From assembly GCA_030265395.1 (NCBI GenBank), contig JARFYF010000112.1, positions 17,399,643 to 17,463,642 of the forward strand: a stretch of 64,000 nucleotides of DNA, given 5' to 3'. The notes beneath the pieces were generated by a model. It saw only the letters and a program-made list of their open reading frames with translations, did no database searches and was not told the DNA's origin. Position 1 is the first letter of the stretch. Each line of letters starts with the position of its first letter. The stretch comes from Rhina ancylostomus. Taxonomy: Eukaryota. Shown in pieces: positions 11,950 through 24,659 of the stretch. A program made the translations under genes and the position numbers.

Positions 11950-13685
11950 GAATACAGATTAGTGAAGACAAATCTATGTTCCTCACAGACAAAAAGGGAA
12001 AATTTATAGTGGAGAATAAAGAAACAGCAGAGCAATTAAACAAATACTTTGATTCTGTCTTCACAGTAGAGGGCATAAGTAAACAGAAATGCTTGGGAAC
12101 CAACAGACAATGAAAAGAAGGAATTAAAGCTCATTAGTATTAGTGAAAAAAGTGCTGGAGAAATTAGTGGGACTGAAAGCTGATAAACACTCATGGCCTG
12201 ATAACCTGCATTCCACAATACTAAAAGAGGTAGCAATAGAAATATTGGGTGCATTAGCAGTTATCTTCCAAAATTCAATGGAATGGTTTTTGCAACTGGA
12301 GGATGGTAAATGTAACCCAACTACTTAAAAAAGGAGAGAGAAAAAAGGGAACTGAGGAAACATGGACAGATCAGCCTAACATCAGTAGTGGAGAAGATGC
12401 TGTGGTCTCTTACAAAGTACGTGATATTATAACACTTAGTAAAAAAAACAATATTAGACAAAGTTAACACAGATTTATGAAAAAGGAAATTGTATTTGAA
12501 AAACTAATTGCAGGATCCTGAAGGTGTAAACAATGGAACAGATAAAGGAGGACCAGTGGATATGGTGGATCTGGATTTTTAGAAAACCGCTGATGAAGTC
12601 CCATAAAGTGTGCAAAGTGAAAACACATAGGGTTGGGGTATTAATATTATTGGTATGGATTGAAAATTAGCTCTTCTTGTAACAGGAAGCAGAGTATGAA
12701 TAAATGGGGGTTTTTGATGTGGCAGATGATGACCAATGGAGTACTGCAGGGATCGGTGCTTGCATTCTAACTATTAATAATATTCACCAATGATTTGGAT
12801 GTGCAAACCAACAACATACAATAGTTGTGAAGAGGGTGCAAGATGATTGGGTGGGCAAATACATAGCAGATGCAGAATAACGCACATGAAGTTTTACCTC
12901 AGTGGAATACAACAGGAAGGCAGAATGTTATTTTAAGGGTGAGAGATCAGGAGATGTTGATGTACAAAATAACCTTGTAGAACTATCACTAAAGGCAGGC
13001 ACACAGGTGCAGGAAACAATTAAAAAGGCAAATGGTATATTGGCCTTCACTGCGAGAAGTTTTGAGTAAAGATGCAAGGATTTCTTACCGCAATTATACA
13101 AGGTGATGATGAGATCACATTTGGAGCATTGTGTTCAGTTTTGCTCTCCTTACTTCAGAAAAGCTCTACTGACACAGAGGGAGTGCAAGGAAGGTTCACC
13201 ACACTGATTCCAGGGATGGCAGGATAAGGATTCTGGATTAACCAGGCCTGTATTTACAAGTATTTAGAAGAATGAGAGGAGATCTCACTGAAATGTACAA
13301 AATTCCAAGGGCTTGACAGGCTGGATGAGGGAAGATGTTTTCCCTGGCTGGAGGATCTAGAATATGGGTTACAGATGCAAGATACAACTGTAGGATGAAG
13401 TTACAAGATACAATATATAAGGTATGACATTTAGGACTGAGGTGAGGAGAAATTTCTTCACACAGAGTGTTATGAACTTCTAGAATTCTCAACCATAAAA
13501 GGCCATGGAAGCCAAGTCACTGAATACAAGGAGATAGAAAGATTGCTGGATAGTAAAGGATAAGGGGATAGAATAGAAATATGATCTTGAGATTGAGAAT
13601 CAGCCATGATAGTAATGAATGGAGGAGCAGGCACGAAATGCCAACTACTCCAGTACCTGAGCCTATTTTTCTATTTCTATATCTT
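11950..13685 (+). mobile_element. CR1/HER1 LINE, about 1.7 kb ORF2 RT plus 3' UTR, 5' truncated and decayed
   Basis: Frame-broken motifs NKETAEQLNKYFDSVFT, PDNLHSTILKEVA, DKGGPVDMVDLDF, GVLQGSVL, LEHCVQFCSP and RRMRGDL, followed by a CR1 tail. Confidence 0.92.
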
Positions 13686-16264
13686 TACATAATATTTCAC
13701 AGGGAACACTAATTAAAATCTGTTGAGGTAATTTATATTACGCGAATACCTAGAATATTGGGGGGAAAAAACAAAGCTTCTACTGAGCGATTTATTCGAG
13801 AACATACAAAAAGGCATTAAGGATATATCACTACCTATTTGAATGAGAAAGCATTACCTCTGGATCATATTAAATGTTCAGGACAAAAAGAAATACGTAT
13901 TCATATTAGAGAATTCACAAAATGTGAAAAGGGGAAGATGAATGAAGGGGAGAGGAATAGAAGAACATGCTCAGAGGGTTAGGTTAAATAGGGTGAGGGA
14001 AGGTTTGTGTGGACTATAAGCACAGGCATAGAGCTGAATAGCTGGTTCAATATATTCTATACATTATGATGTCTTATTTCAGTTGTTTGCTAGGAAGCAT
14101 TTTGAGCTAATCTACAATTTAGAATATTATTTGAAAATACTGCTGGTATAAAAATAGTTGAATTCTGAATTCACATTTTACACCAATCTCAGTTATTCTT
14201 GGTTCAAATACAGTTTTAATTTCACCAATTTCGACCATATCAACATCTCATAAATGTGTCTGCGTCACTATTCTGAAGTTTCACTTGCTTCGTAATGTCT
14301 GCTTGCACCCAGTGCTGGTATTTGACAAGGATAAAGGTACATTTTACAACAGATTGATCAATAAAAGTCATTTTGTTACAAACAGAAATACACAGTACTT
14401 CTACTTTGTGTTCACGGATGTGGAAAGAATGAATGTCACAGATGCAACGGGATCAGTTTGTGTCCGTGGGAGGAATTAGGTTTTATTGTAGCTACATGAC
14501 AGCAAAAATAATAGCCTATTTGAAACCATTGATTGTTTCTTCAAAGGATCAATATACTCTTGGCTCATGAACATACTGGAAAATACTTGTGTTGTTTAAG
14601 GGGAATAGGCTAACCAAATGATATAAAAAGGGGAAACATAACTGATATTTAAGCAATGTTCACAACAACTACATTTTGGGTTAAAACACAGGATTTTTTT
14701 AAATGGAGAATATGCTTCAACATTAATTTCTTGTTTATACAGCACTTATGGACATTTTGAAAGGGATGTTAAAGGCAGCTTGAAATGTCCTATTTTTAAA
14801 AACGTGAGAGGTCTGGATGTGAAAACTGTTCACATTCCAGAGGCTGCTTTAACTTGTCAAGAATTTTCAATAAATTTATACCATTTGCACCAATTTTAGA
14901 TATTGATATTTTTCTAATTAAGAAATGCAGAAGTCATCTCATCTTCTCCTCTCTGAACATCTCAGACAGATTCTACAATTCTAAGCAACGAAGCAAAGAC
15001 ATAATTACCAGAAAATGGCCAGGAAAAGCAACGTCTAAATAACTATCTTATATTTTAACAAGCTGCAATTTAAATAAATACTACGTAATGTCTGCATTTG
15101 AATAGAATGGCTCAATTCCTTCCTAACAAACCTGGCTGAGGTAAAATGGTTAAAAGTTTTATTATTTGTATCAAAATAAGCTAGAGGATATTTTCTTGTC
15201 CATGAAACTATTAAAAACTCATTACAGACCATGACACAAAGGAAGTGAAAGACCATAACAAATTTCAGACATATGCTTAGAAATTAAGCACCCACCTGCA
15301 GTGCTCAACACACTCCAGAGCAGTGTCTAATCCCAATGAATTTTGGATGAAGAATGTAACACATTTATGTTACTTTATGCCCTATTTAGCTCGTGAATCA
15401 ATCTCTCTGTGAAAATATTTAATTTTTGTCATTTTTTAAAATCTCAGTTTCTACATTAGAAACTAACACATAGAAAAAATGTAAAGGTTTCATCATTGAA
15501 AAGAAACTTGCAACTCTGCAAAACTATTGCACTTGGAAGTTGGAATTCAGTACATTGCAACATAAGGTATAAGTATCAATTCCATCATAAATATAACAGA
15601 AAACATGACTGAGAAATATTTTGTCGGATATAAGGAAGAGGCTTCTTGCATCCTCTGCCTTTGCAGTATGTCTCAGGACCGTGTCAAATCAATTTGTCAT
15701 TGCTACTGAGAGTAAGAAGCTATTAAGTCAATTGAAAATCTGTTTCCAAGAGGTTATGCCTCAAGCTAGTGAGACTTGAAATTGCACCAAAGTATATTTG
15801 TGTATGAAACCTTGATGTGTTCACCTAAAATTTTTCTTTAAGTTCAGCAGAAGCATTTGTTCATTCAAAATAAATGGGTTCATGCCTATACTAAAGCAGC
15901 AATGCAGAAATTTCAGACAAATTAATTAATCCTTTGTGCCCATAAATTCCTCAGTGTAATTTCAGGGAAGTATTGTTAAAATAATGAAAAGTATATTGAG
16001 AATTATTTTTTCAAAGAAGGCAAGTCATTTGCTTGGAAATTTGTGCAAAAATTGACAACAATTGAATCATCCTGCAGTTAGCTACACAGAGAATTTGGGA
16101 TGAATGAAGCATGATAAAATGGTCTACAGATATTCAGGTTTACCAAATGCTGCAGTTTCTGTTCAAGACTGAAACACTGCCTCATCATTTATTGTCAGGG
16201 GATAAGCAAAATAACAATTACATGTGTGCATAAATTACAGACCTTTTGCTGGCTTTTAGTACAA

Positions 16265-16460
16265 AAGCAAAGTAATGCAATTGCTGAAAATGGAAACAGG
16301 AAAGGCTCAATAGGCTAGTCAACATCTGTGGTAGGAGAAGATCATTTAACATTTCAATCCAATGATACTTAATCAAAAATAGCTTATTTTTAAATTGTTT
16401 CTATCTCCACAGATGCTGTCTGATCTCGTCTATAATCTTATGTTTCTGTTTTTTTTTATA
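16265..16460. mobile_element. Inverted pair of Penelope-like terminal repeats
   Basis: Reverse copy (aacatctgtgg) followed by a forward copy (tctccacagatgctgtctgatc). Confidence 0.55.
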
Positions 16461-17229
16461 CATTGGTAAATTTTTGCCTTGTTCAGCTATGTCACTAAAA
16501 ATGATACATATTTGGTATAAAATTATTTATAAATTTTACTTTTATCTCTAGTATATCATTGCACATTAACACAAAATAAACTTAAAGAAATAAAAAAATA
16601 AATTCTTGAAGAGAAATGTATTTTCATAGCACATGATAAAAGCAAAGGCACAGGATTTCAAACAAGGAGGGCACAATTCGGCTGCTAATGATAACAGACA
16701 ATCAAATAGCTAGAAACACATTTTCTTTTGTTTATTCTCAGTCTGTCAGTAGAGTGCCTTGGAAACATGCTATCATGTCCAATCTGTAGTGATACTTTAG
16801 CCAGTTTTACTACTGTCTTAAATTTTCTAGTTTTTCTACTTCACAGCATAATGCTTCAGGTGAGCTGTGCCAAATCATATTATTCTATGCTCATTCCACT
16901 TGGGTTTTCAACAAAGGATGGAAGTGGTTTTTTTGCATTTTGGAACTACATCATTTGCCCCAAGCATTACACTTAATTGCAGCACTGTCGAATTAGCAAC
17001 GGGTTTTGAGGAAAATACAAATTGTCAAAAAGCTCATTGATTTCCTGCTAATTATGAAATACATTTCCTCCAATTTGTTAGCGATGTATTAATATTAAAG
17101 AAGTAAAAGTATTAAAATCTGGCACCCCTATTTCAAACTTCAATATCTTTGTATAATACAAGTTTAAAATAATTAACTGGTAGTGAAAGTAGTAAAACAT
17201 CAAATGTATTAACTGGATGTAATAGATTT

Positions 17230-17680
17230 GACTATTCCAAAGTACTCCTGGCCAGCTTCACTCATTCTACTCTCTATAGACTCAAGGTCATCCAAAACTC
17301 TCACACCAAGTTTTGTTCATCAAGAGCTTGCTGATGAATTTTGCCTCTCAGTTAAACAAAATCTGGATTTTAAAACTTCCATCCTCTTTTACCCAAGCCC
17401 CTCTTTGATTTTATTCCTCATGATCTCTGTATGCTACATCAGTTTAGTAAACCATCAAGGCATCTGAACACTTAGTTATTCCTAAATTTAATTACTGGCT
17501 GTACCTTCAGTTGCCAATGACCCCAAGTTTTGGAATTCCTTCTACCTTCAATCAAGCTTTTGTAAATTTACTCTAAAATTTCCTAGTGGCTCAGTCAAAC
17601 TCTGTTTGATAATTTTCCTGTGAGTCATAACAAAAAGTTTTAGTGTGTTAAATGTGCTATATAAATAAAAGCTGCTGTCA
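17230..17680 (+). mobile_element. L2-clade LINE 3' region
   Basis: aggtcatccaaaactct (VIQNS), gattttaaaacttccatcctc and tail gtgctatataaat. Confidence 0.65.
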
Positions 17681-18499
17681 TAGTCTATTAATCTGACTAC
17701 ATCTTTCCATTCAAGTAGCCTAACAAGGCTCCCAACTGGAACCAATGTTTGTCAGTCAGCACCAGAGTGATGGGTAAACGTGCAAAATTTGCATTTTGGA
17801 AAGATCACGGTCAGTTTACAAAAACTAGAATAGTAATATGAAAGGCATAAGAATGTTCAGCAAAACTGGTCTTAAGAACACAGGAGCTATAAGAGGTGGC
17901 CAAACAGGACAATATTATGCTATGTAATAGCTTCTCCACGGAGTGAAACATTGTTATTCTGTTGACATGTTTTCAGACCCAAAGTCGTGGAGGAAGCAGA
18001 ACCTCCAACCATTATGCAATGGGGCAAAAGAATGGACACAACCAGCCCTTAAGAACCCTCTAGGTCTACAGATACACATCAGCTACAGAAGAGGCCTTGA
18101 AGGTATGTCTGCCTGGAATCTTACTTACAAATGTAATTACCATGGTGATGCAGAGAAAGGAAACAAAAGATTATTTGTTTTTAATAAGAAGGGAAATGAA
18201 GGAAGCACATGATATCAGTGAATGGAAAATACCAGAGTGAAATCGTTAGCTACAAAATAAGAGAAGGGAGAAGTCAGGAAAATATCTTAATCAATCAAAA
18301 AAGTTGATGATGATAAATGATCTCCATGTCTCTCTCCACTTCCTTTCCATCCCCATATCTTGCAGGAATACCAATATAATTGTAATCAAGATTTCCAATT
18401 CTTCAAATCTACAAATGACTTTCCAGGTTAAAAATATCAACCAGCTGAACATGCATTTCTGTCCTACATTCCACATTAATGAGGGAAGTTAAAGAAATG

Positions 18500-18900
18500 G
18501 AACACAAACAAAACAATGTAAAAGCTGTGAAAATGCAGAGCTGTTGGAAAGCTGGGCAATATTTACAAACGGATGACCTACAGTTCTGACACAAATGGTG
18601 AACTTGAGTTATCTGAAGTTGTTGAATTTGATATTGAGTACTGAAAGCTGCAATGTGCCCACAGGGAAGATCAGGTGGTTTTCTTCAAGCTTATATTGGG
18701 CCTTATTATAGCAGTAGAGGAGGCCATAAATAGGCTGTGCGAATGGAATTGATTTTTCTGTTTCCCAGTTCTGCCAAAGGACCTTTAGCCTGAAACGTTA
18801 GCTCATTTTCTATTTTCATGGGTACTGCCTGACCTCGAGTGTTTCCAGCAATTTTTTGTTTTTATAGCAGATTTCTACTGTCTGCAGTTTTTAAATTTTC
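18500..18900 (-). mobile_element. Penelope-like GIY-YIG C-terminus with an inverted terminal repeat
   Basis: Minus 18600-18730 reads GLLYCYNKAQYKLEENHLIFPVGTLQLSVLNIKFNNFR (PLE end RKLEEQHLIFRLGTLQP.GLN.EF). A plus-strand end repeat lies at about 18760-18900. Confidence 0.85.
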
Positions 18901-20299
18901 ACCTACTTCAGTTGCATTATTGGTTTAGTATGCTGCTGAATTTATGGAGTTTGCCTTGATTTACTGAGTTCTAGTTGGAAAATTTTCTGCTTTAGCTATA
19001 GACAAACTATTACAGTTTGCGTGTAATATGTCGATTTACATTGTATACAGTCCTAAATCTTTGCACTTTATGAAGTCCTGTTCAAGCTTCAAAATGCCAC
19101 ATTCCATGAGCTACAATAATTTTAAATCACTTGAGACAAGGTCACTGTGAGCTGTAGGTCACAGATAAGCATCCAAATATCTGCAGGAAATGGATAACTA
19201 ACTTTATTTTCAAGCTCTGGTCCTCATGGAAAGGTCATTATTTTGTTGCAGATTCAGGACCATAAACAATTACATTGGGATGAAGGAGAGGCTGGTGGAT
19301 GGGAGGGCTTTTTTTAGGCAAGTATTAAACAAGTAAAAACCTCTGAAATAATACTTATATAACACAAAAAATTATTACCATTGAAATACAAGTAAATATT
19401 TTCTGGGAATACATGCAACTAATTCCTAATCATTTCTCTCAATCTGCTCTTTTATCAGTCCAGTCCTAGCTCGTTAATATGGCCATTTCTGGATAAAACG
19501 GTAAAATGTTGCACGTGATCTAGATGTGTAAACACACTTTAACAAAAATAGTTTATATTTTAGACTTTTTTTAAGTGTCTTTGGATTGAATTCATAAAGA
19601 AAATGGCTCTATCAATCTAGCCAGGCTCAGTTCAGCTACTTTATTATTTGTGCTTCTTGCATTTCATTAAATACACTTTAGCCCATCCACCTTTGTAGTT
19701 TGTTAGCCCATACTCTGCCCGTNNNNNNNNNNGTGCTGGCAAGTATTTGTGATGAACAGTGAGATGCAACTTTTAAATACATTATCCCTTCAGGCTGGAG
19801 CTCCCATCTGTTTCTAACTGATAACACTCCTAGTAAAATTGCTAAGGCTATATTTTCCCTTTGACCATCACTATATTGAATGAGATTTACCTGAAAGTGT
19901 TCTTGAATGGTCATTATTTTGTTGTATCAAGTCCAATAAGTCAATTATTTGTTCATAGAAATCCTGTCTACCTTTCATCTCATAAAACTGGCTTTAATAA
20001 TTTCTGATGCATGATCCAAATTTTTCAATATAATTTACGACACAGCTTCTGATTCTGAAACTGACAATCCGTGACCATAGTCCTCTGTACCTACAGGTAA
20101 CACTTTCTTGGTTGCACATCATCTTACTGTAAAGCTTTTCAAAAATACAGGGAAGATTAAAACAATGCAGGAGAGGGTGGGAAATAGAATCACACATACT
20201 GTGATGTGCACATAAATTACTTGTATGTGGCTTCAAATAGATATTTGCGTTTTTCAATCAAAAGACAGGTATCAGGCTTGTCATTTGCTGCATTAAATA

Positions 20300-20670
20300 T
20301 AGTGGTAGAGAAATCACTGAAGAAGATTCTTAGGGATAGTACCTACTCGCATCTGGAAAAGCATAGGCTTATTAGGGATAGTCAGTATGGCCTTGTGCAG
20401 TGGAGGTCATTCTTAAAACTTCATTGAGTTTTGTTTGAGGGGGTAAAGAAGATGATTGATGAGTGTAGGGCACTGGATGTTGTATACATGGACTTTAGTA
20501 AAGTATTTGACAAGGTCCTTCATGGTAGGCTGATCCAGAAGATTAAGGCATATGGGATCCATGGAGATTTGGTAGATTGGATTCAAAATTGGTTCAGCCA
20601 TAGAAGACAGAGGGTATTGGTGGAGAGGTGTGATTCTGACTGGAGGTCTGACCAGTGGTGTTGGGACCTC
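20300..20670 (+). mobile_element. CR1/HER1 RT fragment
   Basis: LEKHRLIRDSQYG and ALDVVYMDFSKVFDKVLHGRLIQKIKAYGIHGDLVDWIQNW (ORF 20431-20748). Confidence 0.92.
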
Positions 20671-20689
20671 TGTTGTTCTGATCCTCACC

Positions 20690-20860
20690 ACCAGCCACTA
20701 AACTATTCACTGACCCTACTTCCTAACAACCCAGATGAAGGCTCCTAACCCGAAACATCAACTGTCCATTTCACTCCACAGATGCTGCCTGACCCACTAA
20801 GTTCCTCCAGCACTTGGTGTGTTGCCCCAGATTCTAGCATCTGCAGGGTCTTATGTCTCT
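20690..20860 (+). mobile_element. Penelope-like terminal repeat
   Basis: cagatgaaggctcctaacccgaaacatcaactg...ctccacagatgctgcctgaccc...ttcctccagca. Confidence 0.8.
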
Positions 20861-22726
20861 CTTCCAAACAACCCAACCTTGGGCTCTGGCCCTCTTCTGC
20901 CTGCACTATTTCCTATCATATCCCTCAGCCTCAGTACTGGTGACACAGTTTTATTTCCAATAAAGTACATTCATTCACTGGAGCCAAAGTCTTGGATATA
21001 CAGTAATAATGATGTTTGTAACCCATGACCAAAACAGTCATTTGTGCATCGCTATAACAACAACCTATTTACTTCATGATTTTCCATTTAATACATTATT
21101 GAAGCTTTTTTCTACTTTTTCTTGCTAGAGTTTTAAGTATTTGCTGTCTATTTAATGTTTAATTACTGGAAATGTGCAATAGCTGGCCCAGAATTGATTC
21201 GAGCTGCAACATAATCTAGGATTTCACAGGATGTCAAAATGCAAGTGCTGACGTTTATAAATTAAGTCACAGATCTAAGCAACAGTTTGACAACACATGG
21301 TTAATAAGAATTATTTCCTTTTCAAACATTTCATGTGTTTGAAACATGATGATTATTCCTGGTTTTAACTGCAAGATTCTCTTCATGCAGGAACATTGAG
21401 ATGCATAGATAATTAAGATATTAATAAATAAGATAAAAGGTTCATTGTATAACATGGACTGGATATTCACTGAGCCTCATGAATAATCCAGATCATGGAA
21501 CTGTTGCTTAAGCATACTGACGATCTGCTAAACAATGTTTCTAATGGCAGCATAACTCTTGCTGTGCCCAGATTCCTGTCAGGAATCATGACCTTTCCCC
21601 TTGCTGACTGGATCCTAGCCCGTTACTTGGCATCACGGATGAAATCACCTGGGACTAGTATAAAATGAATGAATCATGATGACTACCAGGAAATAAAGCA
21701 CGACATTTGCACAATATTCTCCCTGAAATCACAAAAATGTTATGATTCAAGGAGTGAATTCCCTTTCTACAGAGAAAAATCCCATAGATTAGATATGTTC
21801 TATGGCACAATAAATCCCGGAGAAGCCTGCAATACAATCAAAACCCATACTCTATCATCCTGCTTTACTCTACCAATTGGAAAAGAAAAGCAAATATTCA
21901 GTCCCAATGTAGAGTGTTGGTGACTTCCCTGATACAGTGGTTTGAGATTCAGGCTAAAGCAGAGGCAGAACCCTCCATGGTGGGGAACAGATTCCTCAAT
22001 ACTGAGCTACATGTCGAAGATGCTCACTGAAGGCCTTCTATGATTATGCTTTCCTGAACAATCCAACCCAGCTCCCTTTACCATCATGTTCTCTAGTCCC
22101 AAAAGCAGACATTCCACACCAGCCATGAATGAAAAGAAACAATTGTCCATTGGTTGTCACAAATTAGAACTGAGCTGTTGGATGAGGAAGATGGCCAATG
22201 GAAAGACCCAGGTCAACCAGAAACTTAAGAATACAAAATGACGGATACAAAAAAATACAAAATTCCAAAACACTGCTTAACAACAGAGACAGCCTCAAAT
22301 CAGGACAGCAGATTGATCATTGCTTAAAAATACTTAACCCAGCAATTAATCTCTATGGAGTGCGTGCACTATTCAAGGACCAGCACTCAGATTTGCAGAG
22401 CAAAGTTATGGCAAGTCAGCCTCAGCCTTCCACACCAAGCCCTTGGGTTAGTTCAAAGTGATCACAATTTATTGTTAAAGAATATTGTTCATGACAAAAC
22501 AAATGACCCTCATGAGACCAGGTGCATCCATGACATGAGGCAAACACCATCCAAATATTTTTGAGTTCTCCAGTGCTGATGCACAACTGATCCTGATTTG
22601 AATTTTATTTTGAAGTTCTTGAAAAAGTAAAATATGATTAGCTTTAATTATAAAATGACAGAAAGAAAATATTAACAGAAAATGCTGGAAGCACTCAACC
22701 TGAAACATTTAATCTGTTTCTCTTCT

Positions 22727-24245
22727 GAGTCATAGAGTAATACAGCACAGAAACTGGCCCTTCAGCCCAATTAGTCCATGCCAACCACACCATCCTCCCT
22801 GCTAGTCCCAGTTGCCCATGCTTGGCCCATAACCCTCCAAGCTCCTCTCTTCCATGTACCTATCCAAATAACTCTTAATGTTGCAGTTTTACCCACCTCG
22901 ACCACTTAGACTGGCAGCTCATTCCAAGCTCTGGTTTCTGTAGGTACTCACTGCCCTCTGTGTCAAGAAGTTACCTCTCAGGTCTCTTTTAAATCTCTCC
23001 CCTCTTACCTTTTATCTGTGCCCTCTAGTCTTCCCCAACCCTGGGGAAAAGACTACGACCGTTCACCTTATCCATACTCTTCATGAGGTCACCACTCATT
23101 CTCCGACACTCCAAGGAATAAAGATCCAGCGTGGCCAACCTCTCCTAACTCAGGTCCTCGATTCCGGGCAGCAGCCTCATAAGTCTCTTCTACACCCTCT
23201 CCAGCTTGACAAGTCTTTCCGATAACAGGGTAAACAAAACTGTACACAATACTGCAAGTGCAGCCTCACCAACAACTTATATAACTGTAACATTTGTCCC
23301 TACTCCTAAACTCGATGCCCTGACTGATGAAGGCCAGCATGCTAAACACCTCTTCACCACCCAGTCTACTTGTGTGGCTGCTTTCAGCAAACTATGTGCT
23401 TGTACTCCCAGGTCCCTCTGTTCTACAACACTCATCAATGGCCCTGCCATTCACTGTACAAGTCCTATCCTGGTTTGACCGTCCAAAATGCATCACCTCA
23501 CACTTATCTAAGTTGAAATCCATTTGCCATTCCTCAGCCCATTTCCCTAACTGATCAAGATCTCTTTGCAATTCATTGTGACCTGTTTCAATATCAACAA
23601 GACCCCCTAATTTAGTATCATCAGCAAACCTGCTCATCATGCATGTACATTCATATCCAAATCATTTACATAAACAATGAATAACAGAGGCCCCAATACT
23701 GAACCCTGGGGCACCCCACTAGTCACAAGCCTCCAGTTGGAGAATCGACCTTCAACCATCACCCTCTGCTTCCTATCATTGAGCCAATTCTGAATCCACC
23801 TTGCTAGCTCCCTCTGAATCCCATGTGACCTAACCTCCAGATCAGGGTGCCATGCAGGACCTTGTCAAAGGCCTTACTAAAGTCCATATAGACAACATCC
23901 ACAGCCCTATCTATCCCCTTAGTTACCTCTTCAAAAAACTCCAAAACATTTGTCAGACATGACCTCCCATGCACAAAACCATGCTGACTGTTCCAGATCA
24001 GTCCTTGACTATCCAAGTGATGGTAGATCTTGTCCCTCAGAATTCCCTCCATTAACTTCCCTGCAACTTAAGTCAGGCTCACTGGCCTGTCTTAGCTATC
24101 CTTCATGAACAATGGAACACATTTGCCACCCTCCAGTCTTCTGAAACTTTGCCAGTGGCTAACAATGAACCAAGTATCTCCACAAGGGCCTCTGTGGTTT
24201 CTTCCCTGGACTTCCCATAAGGTCCAGGGGTTTACCTGGTCAGGT
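22727..24245 (-). mobile_element. CR1/HER1 LINE, about 1.5 kb RT plus 3' UTR
   Basis: [36 protein letters not shown] and SRFADDTKLGG...LQRDLDQLGKWAEEWQMDFNLDKCEVMHFG; tail gagtcatagag at 22727. Confidence 0.95.
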
Positions 24246-24295
24246 ACTTACTGCCTGACCAACTGAGCATTTCCAATATTTTCTGTTTTTCTTTC

Positions 24296-24659
24296 TGTCA
24301 TGGTTCTGAGTTCTGACCCTCAATTTGGCTCCATTAATGCCTTGTTGTCCAGCACATGGATTCTATGCTGGACTGATTAGATAACAATACACANNNNNNN
24401 NNNNNNNNNNNNNNNNNNNNNNNNNNNNNNNNNNNNNNNNNNNNNNNNNNNNNNNNNNNNNNNNNNNNNNNNNNNNNNNNNNNNNNNNNNNNNTTCCTTT
24501 GTGAGGATCCAGTTTGTGTTGGGATTCCTCTTCCAATCTCTGAGGCAAGATTCCTTCCAGTTACTGCCTGCGTTTGCCCTGAGGAAGTATCCTGACTCCA
24601 GTCTTGTATCTGTGTGCTGCATTTGGGTTCTGAGTTTGCCCCGGATCAACATTGTGACA
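24296..24659 (+). mobile_element. LTR element (solo LTR or collapsed full element), Gypsy-like
   Basis: TGTCA...TGACA termini, 5-bp TSD CTTTC (24291-24295 and 24660-24664) and an internal 100-N gap. Strand inferred from the fish-Gypsy-like end ctgcatttgggttc...gtgaca. Confidence 0.8.

Noticed and set aside
16728-16976. LSCPICSD as the start of a RING finger
   Set aside because: The remaining Cys/His ligands are absent.
17977-18102. 126-nt plus-strand exon-like segment
   Set aside because: Antisense, unrecognised peptide; another frame (PKVVEEAE) resembles a decayed LINE 3' end.
20030-20091. Minus-strand terminal-exon candidate GTEDYGHGLSVSESEAVS*
   Set aside because: Purine-rich acceptor, and the phase is incompatible with the phase-0 SNX29 donor.
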